Origin: Podarcis bocagei
Taxonomy: Eukaryota
Length of the DNA stretch: 64,000 nucleotides
Strand: one strand, 5' to 3'
Assembly: GCA_964188305.1 (NCBI GenBank)
Contig: OZ076890.1
The notes beneath the pieces were generated by a model, which saw nothing but the letters and a program-made list of their open reading frames with translations, was not told the origin of the DNA and made no database searches. Shown here piece after piece: positions 14,212 to 24,619 of this stretch (positions within the stretch are counted from its first letter, which is position 1; every line of letters starts with the position of its first letter). The translations under genes and the position numbers were made by a program.

Positions 14212-14703
14212 AAGAATAACTATCCAGTATCAATGATTGCATAACTCAATAACTATTTATGGGATATCTAATCTGCTTTACTAAGAAGTTAACTAAAAGT
14301 AGTAAAGATGATGAGTCATTTATGGCATGATAAAAATAGCACTATAGGGGGTTACAGTATTCATGTTCTTCCTTCAAGGTTACAGCACAACCTTCACAAA
14401 CATTTAATGAGTTTATATTAGGGTCATATAATAATTTTATGACAGCATAAGGACAGATAAAATAAACCCAAAAACATGAATTTGCTGCAAAATAAATGTG
14501 ACCTTTTAAAGATGATATTATTATGCACATCTGTATTCCAGTAAGTAGTTTTGCAAGAAATGGGTTGCAAATTATGCTTCCTAACCCCAGCGGCTGAAAA
14601 TTCTAGAAATCATCATCTTTGAGGAAAAAGCCAACCAAATTAAAGGAATCATACTGACCACTTGAATGATAAAGCTATTTAAACTAAAGTCCACAAGACT
14701 CAC

Positions 14704-14865
14704 CTGTGCTTCTTGAGGTACTTGTGCTGCATCAATTCTGTCGGCAATATAACCAGTTAACTGTCGATCAATGAAAGCAAGAGACTCTTGAATTAACTGG
14801 AGGGTTTTGTCAATCTCTTGTGCAGAGTGGATACTTTGTTCAAGAACCTTTTGTCTCCTCACAGC
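14704..14865 (-). CDS. DMD: Dystrophin exon 30 (162 nt)
   Basis: tatttttcag|GCT GTG AGG; AVRRQKVLEQSIHSAQEIDKTLQLIQESLAFIDRQLTGYIADRIDAAQVPQEAQ; CAG|gtgagt. Confidence 0.97.
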
Positions 14866-14956
14866 CTGAAAAATAAAGGGAAAAGAGTATTAGCCATTCA
14901 ATTTTTCTTTAATGCTGTTAAAAACACACAGAAATTTCATACTGATACACAACCAC

Positions 14957-14995
14957 CTTTTTGTAAGATAAATTTCGTCTTTTTTTGCCAGCCAT
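14957..14995 (-). CDS. DMD: Alternative first coding exon of retinal isoform Dp260 (exon R1), 13 codons MAGKKRRNLSYKK
   Basis: aaacaaaATGGCTGGCAAAAAAAGACGAAATTTATCTTACAAAAAG|gtggtt. Strong Kozak context (A at -3, G at +4), in-frame upstream TGA at 15028-15026, phase-0 donor 91 nt before exon 30. Resembles the recalled human Dp260 N-terminus MSARKLRNLSYKK. Confidence 0.9.
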
Positions 14996-15350
14996 TTTGT
15001 TTTTTAAATAAATAACCACAAAAAGTCAAAATGCCCTAAAATTCCCTAAATAACCAAACCAAATAGTGAGGAATTCTATAGTGAGTAGAAGACTGCAAAA
15101 CTAAGTCCTGCCATTAGATAGTTTTGTTCATTCTGAAGCCTCGGGCAGCTCCTGATCCCATTATATATGTCAGGAGATTTCCTTTGGTCAGAACAAAGTT
15201 GCCGTCATCATAGTCCACTTACAGATAATCCACTGCAACAAGTGAGAGGGATGAAAGTGCTGTTTATAAAACAAACTCTCACATAGGATATAAATAGTTT
15301 CTTAGAGCCTGGATTAAATGGTAGTACTCTCAGGAATGATTAGAACTCTT
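14996..15350 (-). promoter_or_regulatory. Putative Dp260 internal promoter and 5' UTR
   Basis: TATATAA on the minus strand (15167-15161). CRX/OTX-type sites TAATCC (15226-15231), GGATTA (15311-15316) and TGATTAG (15337-15343). Lies immediately upstream of the R1-like exon. Confidence 0.6.
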
Positions 15351-18194
15351 AAATTTTGTCTTGACTCTTTATGGTTCACTCCTCCCCTTATTATAATATT
15401 TCTTAATGGTACAGCATTCAGCAAAATGTTACAAAAACTGGGGAAAGCAAGAGTCAGACTGTTCCTATTACTACTATAGCAAGTCACATTACTTTAAGCC
15501 TGCCCTATGACATTAGCGAAACCCCGCAATATGGTTACTAAGACCTTCTTTGGTTTTACATTTTCCTTTGCCCCCTTTTCATACTTAATAGTTTAAGATG
15601 ATGACACCTGCAATATTCAGCTTAGTTTTTCACCTTCTTTCATATTCTGCCTTCTCATAATTTAGTTTTATCTGCATTGACTCTGCATTATTCATTCTTT
15701 TAATAGGCTATAAACCTAACATTTCTATTCACTCAATAAACCTGGAGGTCAAGTCACACTACACATATTTCCAAGGCCATATGAAATGTAACCTTGAGGT
15801 CAAGGACTCGAAAGTAATGTTATGGAAAAAAAACTATTTTATAAAAGCATTCACCAACAGAAACAGAACAGCTGAACATCCTTCATCATTTCTTTTCCTG
15901 TGACGGTTCAAAATGGAATGTAGTGAATATGTCTTCACTCACATAGCAACAAATTGCTGTGTGCATTGTAAAACAAACATGGATTTCGGTGGTAATGGTG
16001 TTATGAGAGCTCACTTTGTCTTATATCCTGGGACACAGGACAGGATTACCTCAGCCACTTCAAATGTTCTGTCATACATCCACAGTGTATAAGGTACTAA
16101 TAATGTGATTAAAAAACCCCATCTAGTTCCTTTGTAACCTTCCAATCAATAAACCACAGAAAAAGGATATATGACTCAATGAATATATATCATTTTACAT
16201 TTTAATGAGGGTGTTATAATAATGCGGGTGTTTTTCAAAGGGAGAATATTTAATTACCAGTGTTTTTGATTCCTCCTGCCAGTTTTATCCACAATGAGGG
16301 AACACACTGGTCACAGAAGCATGCAGCAGTCGCACAAGTGTCAAGAGTTGGCCAACTCCTTTGTTAATGCTAATTAACCCAGAGAGTGATCATGTGGATT
16401 GTTGGCTGGCATCAGAGAGGAGAGCCTTTGGGGGTAAGAATTGTGAAGAGGGTTTATCAATGTCCTGTGTTATGCTAACTGATTATTAGGAGGGTTATGT
16501 GGAACTGAAGGGATTTGGATGTTCAAAAATAAGGGGGAAGATTAGTAAATTAAACTTGGTGCTTTGGCTCTTGGGAATTTGATGTTCTCATTTAAGTCTT
16601 CTGTGACCTGCCCGAAAATTACAAATATTTATCTTTCCACATTCACTACCTTTGAGGTCAGCCTCCTTACATTCCAACCCCCACCCCCTGAACATAACAA
16701 TTCACAGCTCAGGTTGTCAAAGAACTATTGCATGATTGCTTCCTGTGCAACCTGGTTGGTTGGGCAGAAAATGGGTATAAAACACTTTCTATCCCATGCT
16801 TTCTTTGCCCCCCCCCCTTTCTGCTATCCCCTTGTTTGCTGATGCCTACCTTTACAGCAGTGCTGTGTGCAGACAATATTTCTTTGGGCGGGGGGAGGGG
16901 GCAGTCAAGGGCAGTAAGCAGGTATATGGAAATGCTAGCTAAGAAAGTATTATTTTTTCTTAGTCTGTGCTGATTCTGTACTCCAAGTGTTCTTAAACTG
17001 CTGATTTATTTTATTAGACATCTTATAGTGCATTGGGTTTTAGGATTCCTCTTTTGTTTTGTTTTTATTCCAAATAAATTTTGCTGCCTTCTAAAGTGTG
17101 GTTCACAAGGGAAAATAGTTTGTTTTTCCATTTGTTTTCATGTTAATGTTCCATTTCTTTTGTTTTCTATTTATTGAATTTATTTCCATTTATTTAATTT
17201 AACGAACTTACAGACTTTTCAAGATATATTCATCCCAACATGGTTTACAAAGCAATGTACACCTATATATATATACAGCACTATTTATACAACATAGATT
17301 GAGTCTTTAAGGCCCATTTAAATTATATAAAGTCCTATGGGGCAGAGTTGGAATGCCCATAAGGCAGGGTGAAGCACCCACCTTAAGGAGGCAGAAGTGC
17401 AAGAGGCGGAGCTCCGTCCTCCCACTGCTCCTGCTGCCAGCTGAAGGCCTTCCCTCTCACAGACAAGAGGGAGGCATTCTAGCATGTAGCACTGCCACTT
17501 GTCTTACCTGTCCCCAGACAGAGAAGCAAAGCACCTATGCATTGCGGAACGCCCCAGTGGCAGAAATGGTGGCAGGGGTGGGGGGAGGCAGGATGTGGAA
17601 ATTCCCGTTTCAGCACAGGTGCCAAAATGGGACCAGCCACCCCTGCCACTGGGGATAAATCAGGTTTACATCTAAGCTACGCTCTACTTCCATTCTGCCC
17701 CATCTTCATCGTGAAACGGGGCTGCCAAATTTAAAGGAAGTGACCATTCACTTTTAATCCGGAAAGTGTCTTTCTTACCTACTCTGAGAGCTTTGGGTGT
17801 GGGTCCAGAATTGGCCTCCACAGTCACTTACAGACTCATTGTTAAAACCCTGTTTATGGAAGACAATCTTACTCGGTTATGAGTGATTGCCAAAGAAGAA
17901 GAAGAAGAAGAAGACATGTATGTAGATTTCCTAGAAAAATTGATACCAGGTAGTCCCTCTTATAAAAAAACATATAAAAAGACACAAAACACATATACAG
18001 AGAGCTGCTTCTGTTAATCGGTCCCTTCCAAAGCTGTCACAACTTTTGCTGGTTTCTTCTTGCGTCAACACTGTTGTCCGCATCTTTACAACACAGTATT
18101 TTATAAGACAGGTAACTTTACCTTTCAGCTCTCCTGTTAAACACAGTGTTTAAGAGAAAAGTATGGGGGAAGGAAATTATTTCTTAAAATGTAC

Positions 18195-18344
18195 CTCTTG
18201 TTGTAGCTCTTCCCACCGAGTATTGAACTTCTCTAGTTTTTCATTGATCAGTTCATCCAGAACTCCACCATCAGTTAAGGTCTGTGCCAACTCACGAATC
18301 TGATTGCGGTTATCTTCTGGGTGTTGCATTAATGTTCCCAGAGA
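18195..18344 (-). CDS. DMD: Dystrophin exon 29 (150 nt; not in ORF track)
   Basis: gtttcag|TCT CTG GGA; [50 protein letters not shown]; GAG|gtacat. Confidence 0.96.
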
Positions 18345-19280
18345 CTGAAACATCCATAAACTGTATTACTTGTTTTTGCCATTTCCCTTACACCAAACAA
18401 AGGAGCCTTCAAAGCTCTTGTTAAAATAAAAGAAGCAATAAACCTTACATTTCCATTAAAATAGAAGAATATTCATGAGAAAAATAAAGCTCATCACTGC
18501 AACATTTTCTGGCACAAATTATCTGAAATGTGACTAGGCAAACATTAACAAAGGCTTAGATACCACATCAACATAATAAACAGTGTGGCTATAATGTATG
18601 CTACCTTGCTGAATTGACCATCAGCACAACCAACCAATTCAGGTAACTATAAACTATTGAATTTGTGATGCTACTCCTTCATTTTTAAAAACAAGAATTG
18701 TCAATGTTTTTTAATAACTGGAGTGATTCTGGGACCTTTGAAAAAGACTTTTTAAGGCTTTTATTAAAACCTTGGGTCTGTCAGACATCTCTGCAGCAAA
18801 ACGAGGGAAATATGATAAATGTAAGGATCTAATTGTAGAGTACAAAAACCTGCAATCCTACCCAAGATTGCTTGGAAGTAATTGCCACTGGATTTGCTTA
18901 TATAGAGATGTGGATGTCTGTATAAGTTATTTGGGAGGGCATGTGAAGCTGGCTTCACAGGCACCAGACAAAGCATAAGTTTATAAAGCATTTGAATTAA
19001 ACATCTTTGTTTTTGTTGAGAAGACTACATTATTCTTTTTGACAGCTCCAATTCCACTCTAAGAACGCTGTGGCCTATCTGAACCCTGTGTGCTCATATC
19101 TTCCTTTAGTACATAGCAATGATAATAATAATTGAAAATCTAATGGAACACAATTCATGGAAAATATACATATGGGTGCATAGATCACAGCACACATTGA
19201 AGAATATCACACTTTGATTTAACATAGAAACTTTTTATTGGAAAGGTCTGCGTGTTCCTAACCAGAATGTCAGTACTTAC

Positions 19281-19415
19281 ATCTAGTGCTTCTGAGATCT
19301 CTTCTGTGCCTTCTTGAATATTTTCTGTTGCCCTGAGTTTTGATTCTACCTCATTCAACCATTTGTTTTCAACATCCAAGTATAACAATAATTCACGCCA
19401 ACATGCCCATACCTC
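19281..19415 (-). CDS. DMD: Dystrophin exon 28 (135 nt)
   Basis: cattcatcag|GAG GTA TGG; EVWACWRELLLYLDVENKWLNEVESKLRATENIQEGTEEISEALD; GAT|gtaagt. Confidence 0.96.
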
Positions 19416-19598
19416 CTGATGAATGAGTTTATAAAAAGAAATGAATTTTAATACAGAAATGCTTGAATTTTTTTAAAACTTTTTTTTTGCAAATAAAACG
19501 ACCTATAACTTATGCTGTTTTACCAGGACATGTGTTGTTGGGTTACCTATATAAATGCCACAAAAAAGTAAATAAAATCAGGTCATTTCAAAATTCTA

Positions 19599-19827
19599 CA
19601 GTGGTACCTCTGGATGCGAACGGGATCCGTACTGGAGCCCCATTCGCATCCAGAAGCGAACGCAACCCGTGTCTGCGCGGGTCATGATTCTCCGCTTCTG
19701 CGCAAGCATGTGCCGTCATTTTGACCGTCTGCGCATGCGCAAGCGGCGACTCCATTACTTCCGGGTCGCTGCAGCACGCAACCCGAAAATACGTATCCCA
19801 AAACTACATCAACCCAAGGTATTACTG
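19599..19827. mobile_element. Tc1/mariner (Tigger-like) MITE
   Basis: TA|cagtggtacctc ... aaggtattactg|TA; TA target duplication; CpG-rich body. Confidence 0.85.
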
Positions 19828-20178
19828 TATATTAAAGTAGTAAGAAAGAACAAAATAATGGGTTTTTTAAAACTGTACCATGAAGTTACGGGAATATATT
19901 TAATAATCCTAGGAAAGTGGCATAATTTTTAGGATATATTTTAATCCACTTAGTAATAAACAAAAAAATAATTCAATTCTGATTAAGATAAACATGGAAA
20001 CCATGCTGGCTGGGGTTGATGAGAATAATAGTCTAAAACAGCTGGAGGGCACCAGCTTGAAGTAGGCTATATTAAAGACTTATGAGGGTAAACATTGATT
20101 CACGACATCTGTCCATTAGCTGATATCTTTTCTGTTACACTTTGGAATGCTCTAATGTTACCAGGAGAAGGAACTGAC

Positions 20179-20361
20179 CTCCAACGTTTTGCACTTTCCA
20201 TTTAGCCTACTGTAGAGTCGCTGGTAGTTCCTAGTAAGAACATCAAGTTCCTTTTTTAAGGCCTCATGAGCTGCAGGTGGAGCCCTTGCTATAAAATTGT
20301 TCACCGACTCTGTGAGAAGCCTCACTTTCACATCTTTCTGTGCTGCCTCTTCTTTTGCTCT
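20179..20361 (-). CDS. DMD: Dystrophin exon 27 (183 nt)
   Basis: tattttcag|AGA GCA AAA; RAKEEAAQKDVKVRLLTESVNNFIARAPPAAHEALKKELDVLTRNYQRLYSRLNGKCKTLE; GAG|gtcagt. Confidence 0.97.
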
Positions 20362-20566
20362 CTGAAAATACATAAATGTATAACAATCCATTATGATACC
20401 TGAAAATAAAGCAGTGGATACTGGGGTAAAAACACTGCATTCTTTGAAAAGAATATAATATAATTTGCCTGATTTTCCATGCCACAAAGCAGTAGTTAAA
20501 AAGATGAGCGATCAGCTCAGTAGCCCCTCCGCTCAAATTTCACTGCTCCATATTCATGTTGTAGAG

Positions 20567-20702
20567 CAGACATAGGCAAACTCGGCCCTCCGGATGTTTT
20601 GGGACTACAACTCCCATCATCTCTGACCACTGGTCCTGTTAGCTAGGGGTGATGGGAGCTGTAGTCCCAAAACATCTGGAGTGCCGAGTTTGCCTATGCC
20701 TG
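20567..20702. mobile_element. Palindromic hAT MITE, family B copy 1
   Basis: cagacataggcaaactcgg / ccgagtttgcctatgcctg with long internal inverted arms; perfect 8-bp TSD ttgtagag. Confidence 0.9.
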
Positions 20703-21272
20703 TTGTAGAGGCTCATATTTTCAAGGCAAGCATTCCTCTTCCTCCCCACCTATTCAAGATCTGGCATGCTCCTTTCCTCACTGTCCTCATTATTTGGTAA
20801 TGGCTACTGCTCTGGGGTTAATCAGCCCAAGGCCTGGCTGAAGAGAAATGTTTCTGCCTGGTGCCTAAAGGTGTATAATGAAGCTGCCAGCCAAGCCTTC
20901 CTGGGGAGAGCATCCTACAAACATGGAGCCACTGCAGAAATGGCACGTTCTTGCATTCTCAGGTGTACTTGATATGGGGTGCATACTTTTGAGTTTTCAT
21001 TTTGCTTTGCTGTCTTAAGTAATATAATCACATACCATGCACACTCTGTGTGCATCTTTCTGTGGCCTTACCTCAGCTACATAGCAGGCTTTCCTTGAAA
21101 TGGGTGCCTGAATCTTTACAAGGCAACTTGTAGTGCTGCTGCAGTGACCCCGAATAAAACTTGTAGGAAATATTGCAAAATACAGTGCTATTCCTCTTAT
21201 TACAGCTATTGCTGTCCTTGCTTCTGGTTTAAAGAGCTGGACAAGGAAACAAGTCCCCACATTGCCAATATC

Positions 21273-21419
21273 CAGTGGCGTAGCGTGGGTTGTCAGCACC
21301 CGGGGCAAGGCAAGTACTTTGCGCCCCCTAACCCGTGGATTTGCGCCCCCTAACCCTAACCCCCAGATGTTGTGCCCGGTGCGGCCGGCCCCCCCTGCAC
21401 CCCCCACGCTACGCCACTG
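21273..21419. mobile_element. hAT MITE with CAGTGGCGTAGCGTGGG TIRs
   Basis: Perfect 17-bp TIR cagtggcgtagcgtggg / cccacgctacgccactg; perfect 8-bp TSD ccaatatc. Confidence 0.92.
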
Positions 21420-22122
21420 CCAATATCTAAAATGGCACTAAATGAGGGAGCCAAACAGATCTGGCTGTACTATTGCCAATATGCACTAATATCCATATCA
21501 GATAAAACTGAGAAAACCGACAATATAGTCAAGGAATGAAATGAATCTATATTCAATGGGAACATTTTCCTAAGTAACATCTCTAATTTATAGGGATAAG
21601 TTAGCATAACAGGGACTTGTCACTTGTTCTATATGTTGTGGGAAAGCAAAATGAAAGCACAAATTGTTGCTGAATGCAGCCTTCTTATTCCCATTTATGA
21701 GTGCCTACAATTTCTGAATTCCATCTGGGAGAAGTTACATTCAGAGGAATAATAGCCCAAGAATTATATACCATCTGATACAATTATCATAGAAAAGAGA
21801 ATGGAAGCATATGAGAACAGGTGCAGAATTTGATGTGGTTACCCACAAACAATAAGGACATATACAAATGCAACACTAAATCCAATTAAGCATGGGGGAA
21901 GGGAACTTATAGAAATGCAATTCTTTGATGAGTCAAAAAACTTATAACAGATGCTAAATTGAAGTGAAATTACTTTAAACCACCTATTGCTTCGAATTTA
22001 ATAGTTCTCAAGTGAAGCTCAAATAGCCAGCTCTTTCAAATGAACAAACAGATTGTGTGTAACAATAACTTCAAGAAGAAGATCAGATACAAATTAAACA
22101 AAATCACTTTGTATTTTGTTAC

Positions 22123-22293
22123 CTTCAGTTCCTCAACAGCTTTCTGTAATTCATCTGGTGTTTTATATTCAAAATCTCTCTCAAGGTACTCTTCTTCTGC
22201 TTGTGTAATCCACTCATGCATCTCTGATAAATCCTTTCGAAGACTCACAGTCTTATCCAAACCACTTTTCAGAGCTGCCTTCTTAGCATAGGC
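22123..22293 (-). CDS. DMD: Dystrophin exon 26 (171 nt)
   Basis: tctttaag|GCC TAT GCT; AYAKKAALKSGLDKTVSLRKDLSEMHEWITQAEEEYLERDFEYKTPDELQKAVEELK; AAG|gtaaca. Confidence 0.97.
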
Positions 22294-23402
22294 CTTAAAG
22301 AAAACAACATGATTTCCTCTTGTAAACACTAGTTCAGACATTAATTGAATATTAAAGTAAATGCCTAGCATAACAAGATTCAATTTTAAGGAAGACAGAT
22401 TTTAAAGAAGGGTTGAATCTAGACTTTCCCACTTGTGAATGAAGGGGCACCTTTTGTTCACTGGGGGAATGTGGATCCAGAGAAGACTACTGCTGGAGAA
22501 AAGAGGGAGGGAGAGGTAATTTTCACTAATTTTTCCTCCAGTTTCCACACCACCTCTCATTTTGTTTTTGAGGTTCCCCCGACCTCCAGTGCAGATTTGA
22601 TTAATATCCCCTCTCCTCCTAACACTGGAAACATCAAGTTAATGGGGTTTCTGCTCTTGGAGTCAAAATCTTGTTTCCCAAATGGCGCCAATAGATGCCA
22701 AGAAGTTACCAAGTAGGCAAAGTGTTACTGTAAGAAAAACGTGAAGCATGCATCATCTTATATGGTAAGTAATCCGAAATGAAGTTCACTCTTTCTTCTT
22801 TCTACTGAAATTTTCTCTTTCTAATTTAGTAATATAAGGTCTTACAGCCTTCTGTCTTGAAAAATGACACGGTGAAAATTTCATTACGTTTGCCTTTTTT
22901 CAGTACAATTGCTTTTCTGCTCTCTGTGTCTAACTTGTGGCATTTGAAGTTTGTAACAGACAGAAGCTTGTTACTGACAGATGTTATAATGTGCCGTTCC
23001 AAGCGGTTTAACTCAGAATCATAATGCTGCTTTATCGCTCCTTATTTTTTTGATAGGAATGCTACAAAATACTTTGAGTAAAGCAAAAGCCATTGAAGAT
23101 AAAACTATTTATTAGGTGTCATCCCTTGCTGGATTTTATTTATTTGCTCCAGCTTATGTCAAGCTCTCTATTTGCAATTATAATACATTATATTATTGTC
23201 AGACTTTAGCACTCAAATCTATCTTTCCTGCGTGCATTTTGACATGGTAGATAAATTTACTAAGATAGAAGGTTAATTAGTGTGAACCACAAATGTCTGG
23301 CTCCACCTCTCACATTCAGTAGTTATGCACACAGAGCAAGGGAAATTATGTCAAAGAGAAATCTGGAATTAAATTAAAAGAAGATAGCAAGAGATAGAGT
23401 AC

Positions 23403-23558
23403 CTGTTGGCAAATGTGATCCCACTGAGCATTCAGTTCTTTTAGTTCAGTTTGTATTTTCAAAGAAAACTCTGGCTCTGCTTCGTTCTTCATTTTCTTCC
23501 CAATCTCATTAACACTATTCAAACTGGGCTGGATTGTCTGGATATCATTTACTAGAGC
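23403..23558 (-). CDS. DMD: Dystrophin exon 25 (156 nt; not in ORF track)
   Basis: cctttag|GCT CTA GTA; ALVNDIQTIQPSLNSVNEIGKKMKNEAEPEFSLKIQTELKELNAQWDHICQQ; CAG|gtactc. Confidence 0.96.
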
Positions 23559-24145
23559 CTAAAGGATAAAAAAGATACACATTTCATTACAACCCTCCAA
23601 AATATATAGGCATTCAATTAAATAAATTTAAACTGAATTTAATTCTTCTTGGTAATATTCTAAACAATATTGTGACCTGTTGATCCACACATGCAGCAAG
23701 CATGTTAACCATAGTTTCCTAGGGAATTATGGTACTAGCCAAGAAATCTTGCTGTGACACAACAGGCCTTTTAAAAAATATGACAGCTGCAGTCCTAATC
23801 TGGGCGGTAGGGAAGGGTATGAGGAAAATCTCCTTTCATCCACCCACATCTGTAAGGACTCTAGAAATGTATAGGATACAACTAATGAAGAGCAGAAGGT
23901 GAAGAACAGCAACTAGGAGCCTCGACAGTTTTCTTTGTTACAGAAGAAATCCCCCAGGGACTAGACTACGCAATCAGAGCGTGAGGTGACAGGTGACAAA
24001 TCTGGGGACCTTAAAGAGGTACCAGAGAGACATGCCCGACTGTGGTCAGTGTGAAGGAGTCCAGAACTTGAGCAAGTATATGACAAAAGGAATACAAATA
24101 TACATTGTGTATGCTTACATTTAGTTACTAAATGCTGTAGCAGGA

Positions 24146-24619
24146 CACTAGCGTAGCTAGGAGGGGCAGGGTGCGACCGCTTACTGCAAGGACAGCACTT
24201 ACAGTGGTGCCTGCTGTGTGCCTGAGCCACGCATCTCTCCTGGGAGTGATGCAGTGGTTCAGACATTTGCAGGCACTGTGCCGCCCGAAAAGGTGGCATG
24301 GGGCTCATGTCCGCCTGCCACCTCAGCCACCCTGTAGCTGAGGAGGAGATGGCAGGTGAACTCCTGCAGGCACTGTGCTTTTCAAAAAGACAGTGTAGGG
24401 CCCTCGCCCACCTGCCGACTCCCCCTCAACTGGAGGGTGGCTGAGGGGGAGACGGCGGGTGGACGCGAGCCCCACGCTGCCTTTTCGGATGGCATGGTGC
24501 CTGCAACTGAGGGGGAGCAGTGGGAGGAGCAGACTTCATGCAGGCTCTGGCTCCACACAGAGCGTCCTGTCCCAGCATGCCTTGCCCCCTGGGCACCTGT
24601 ACGGCTAGCTATGCCGCTG
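24146..24619. mobile_element. GC-rich non-autonomous hAT-like element
   Basis: Imperfect TIRs cactagcgtagctag / ctagctatgccgctg; flanks tagcagga / taacaggg (6/8 match). Confidence 0.6.

Noticed and set aside
14866-14956. Second Dp260 variant using an ATG in the retained intron just before exon 30
   Set aside because: The nearest ATG is 32 nt from exon 30 (out of frame), and the exon-30 frame has a TAA 9 codons upstream.
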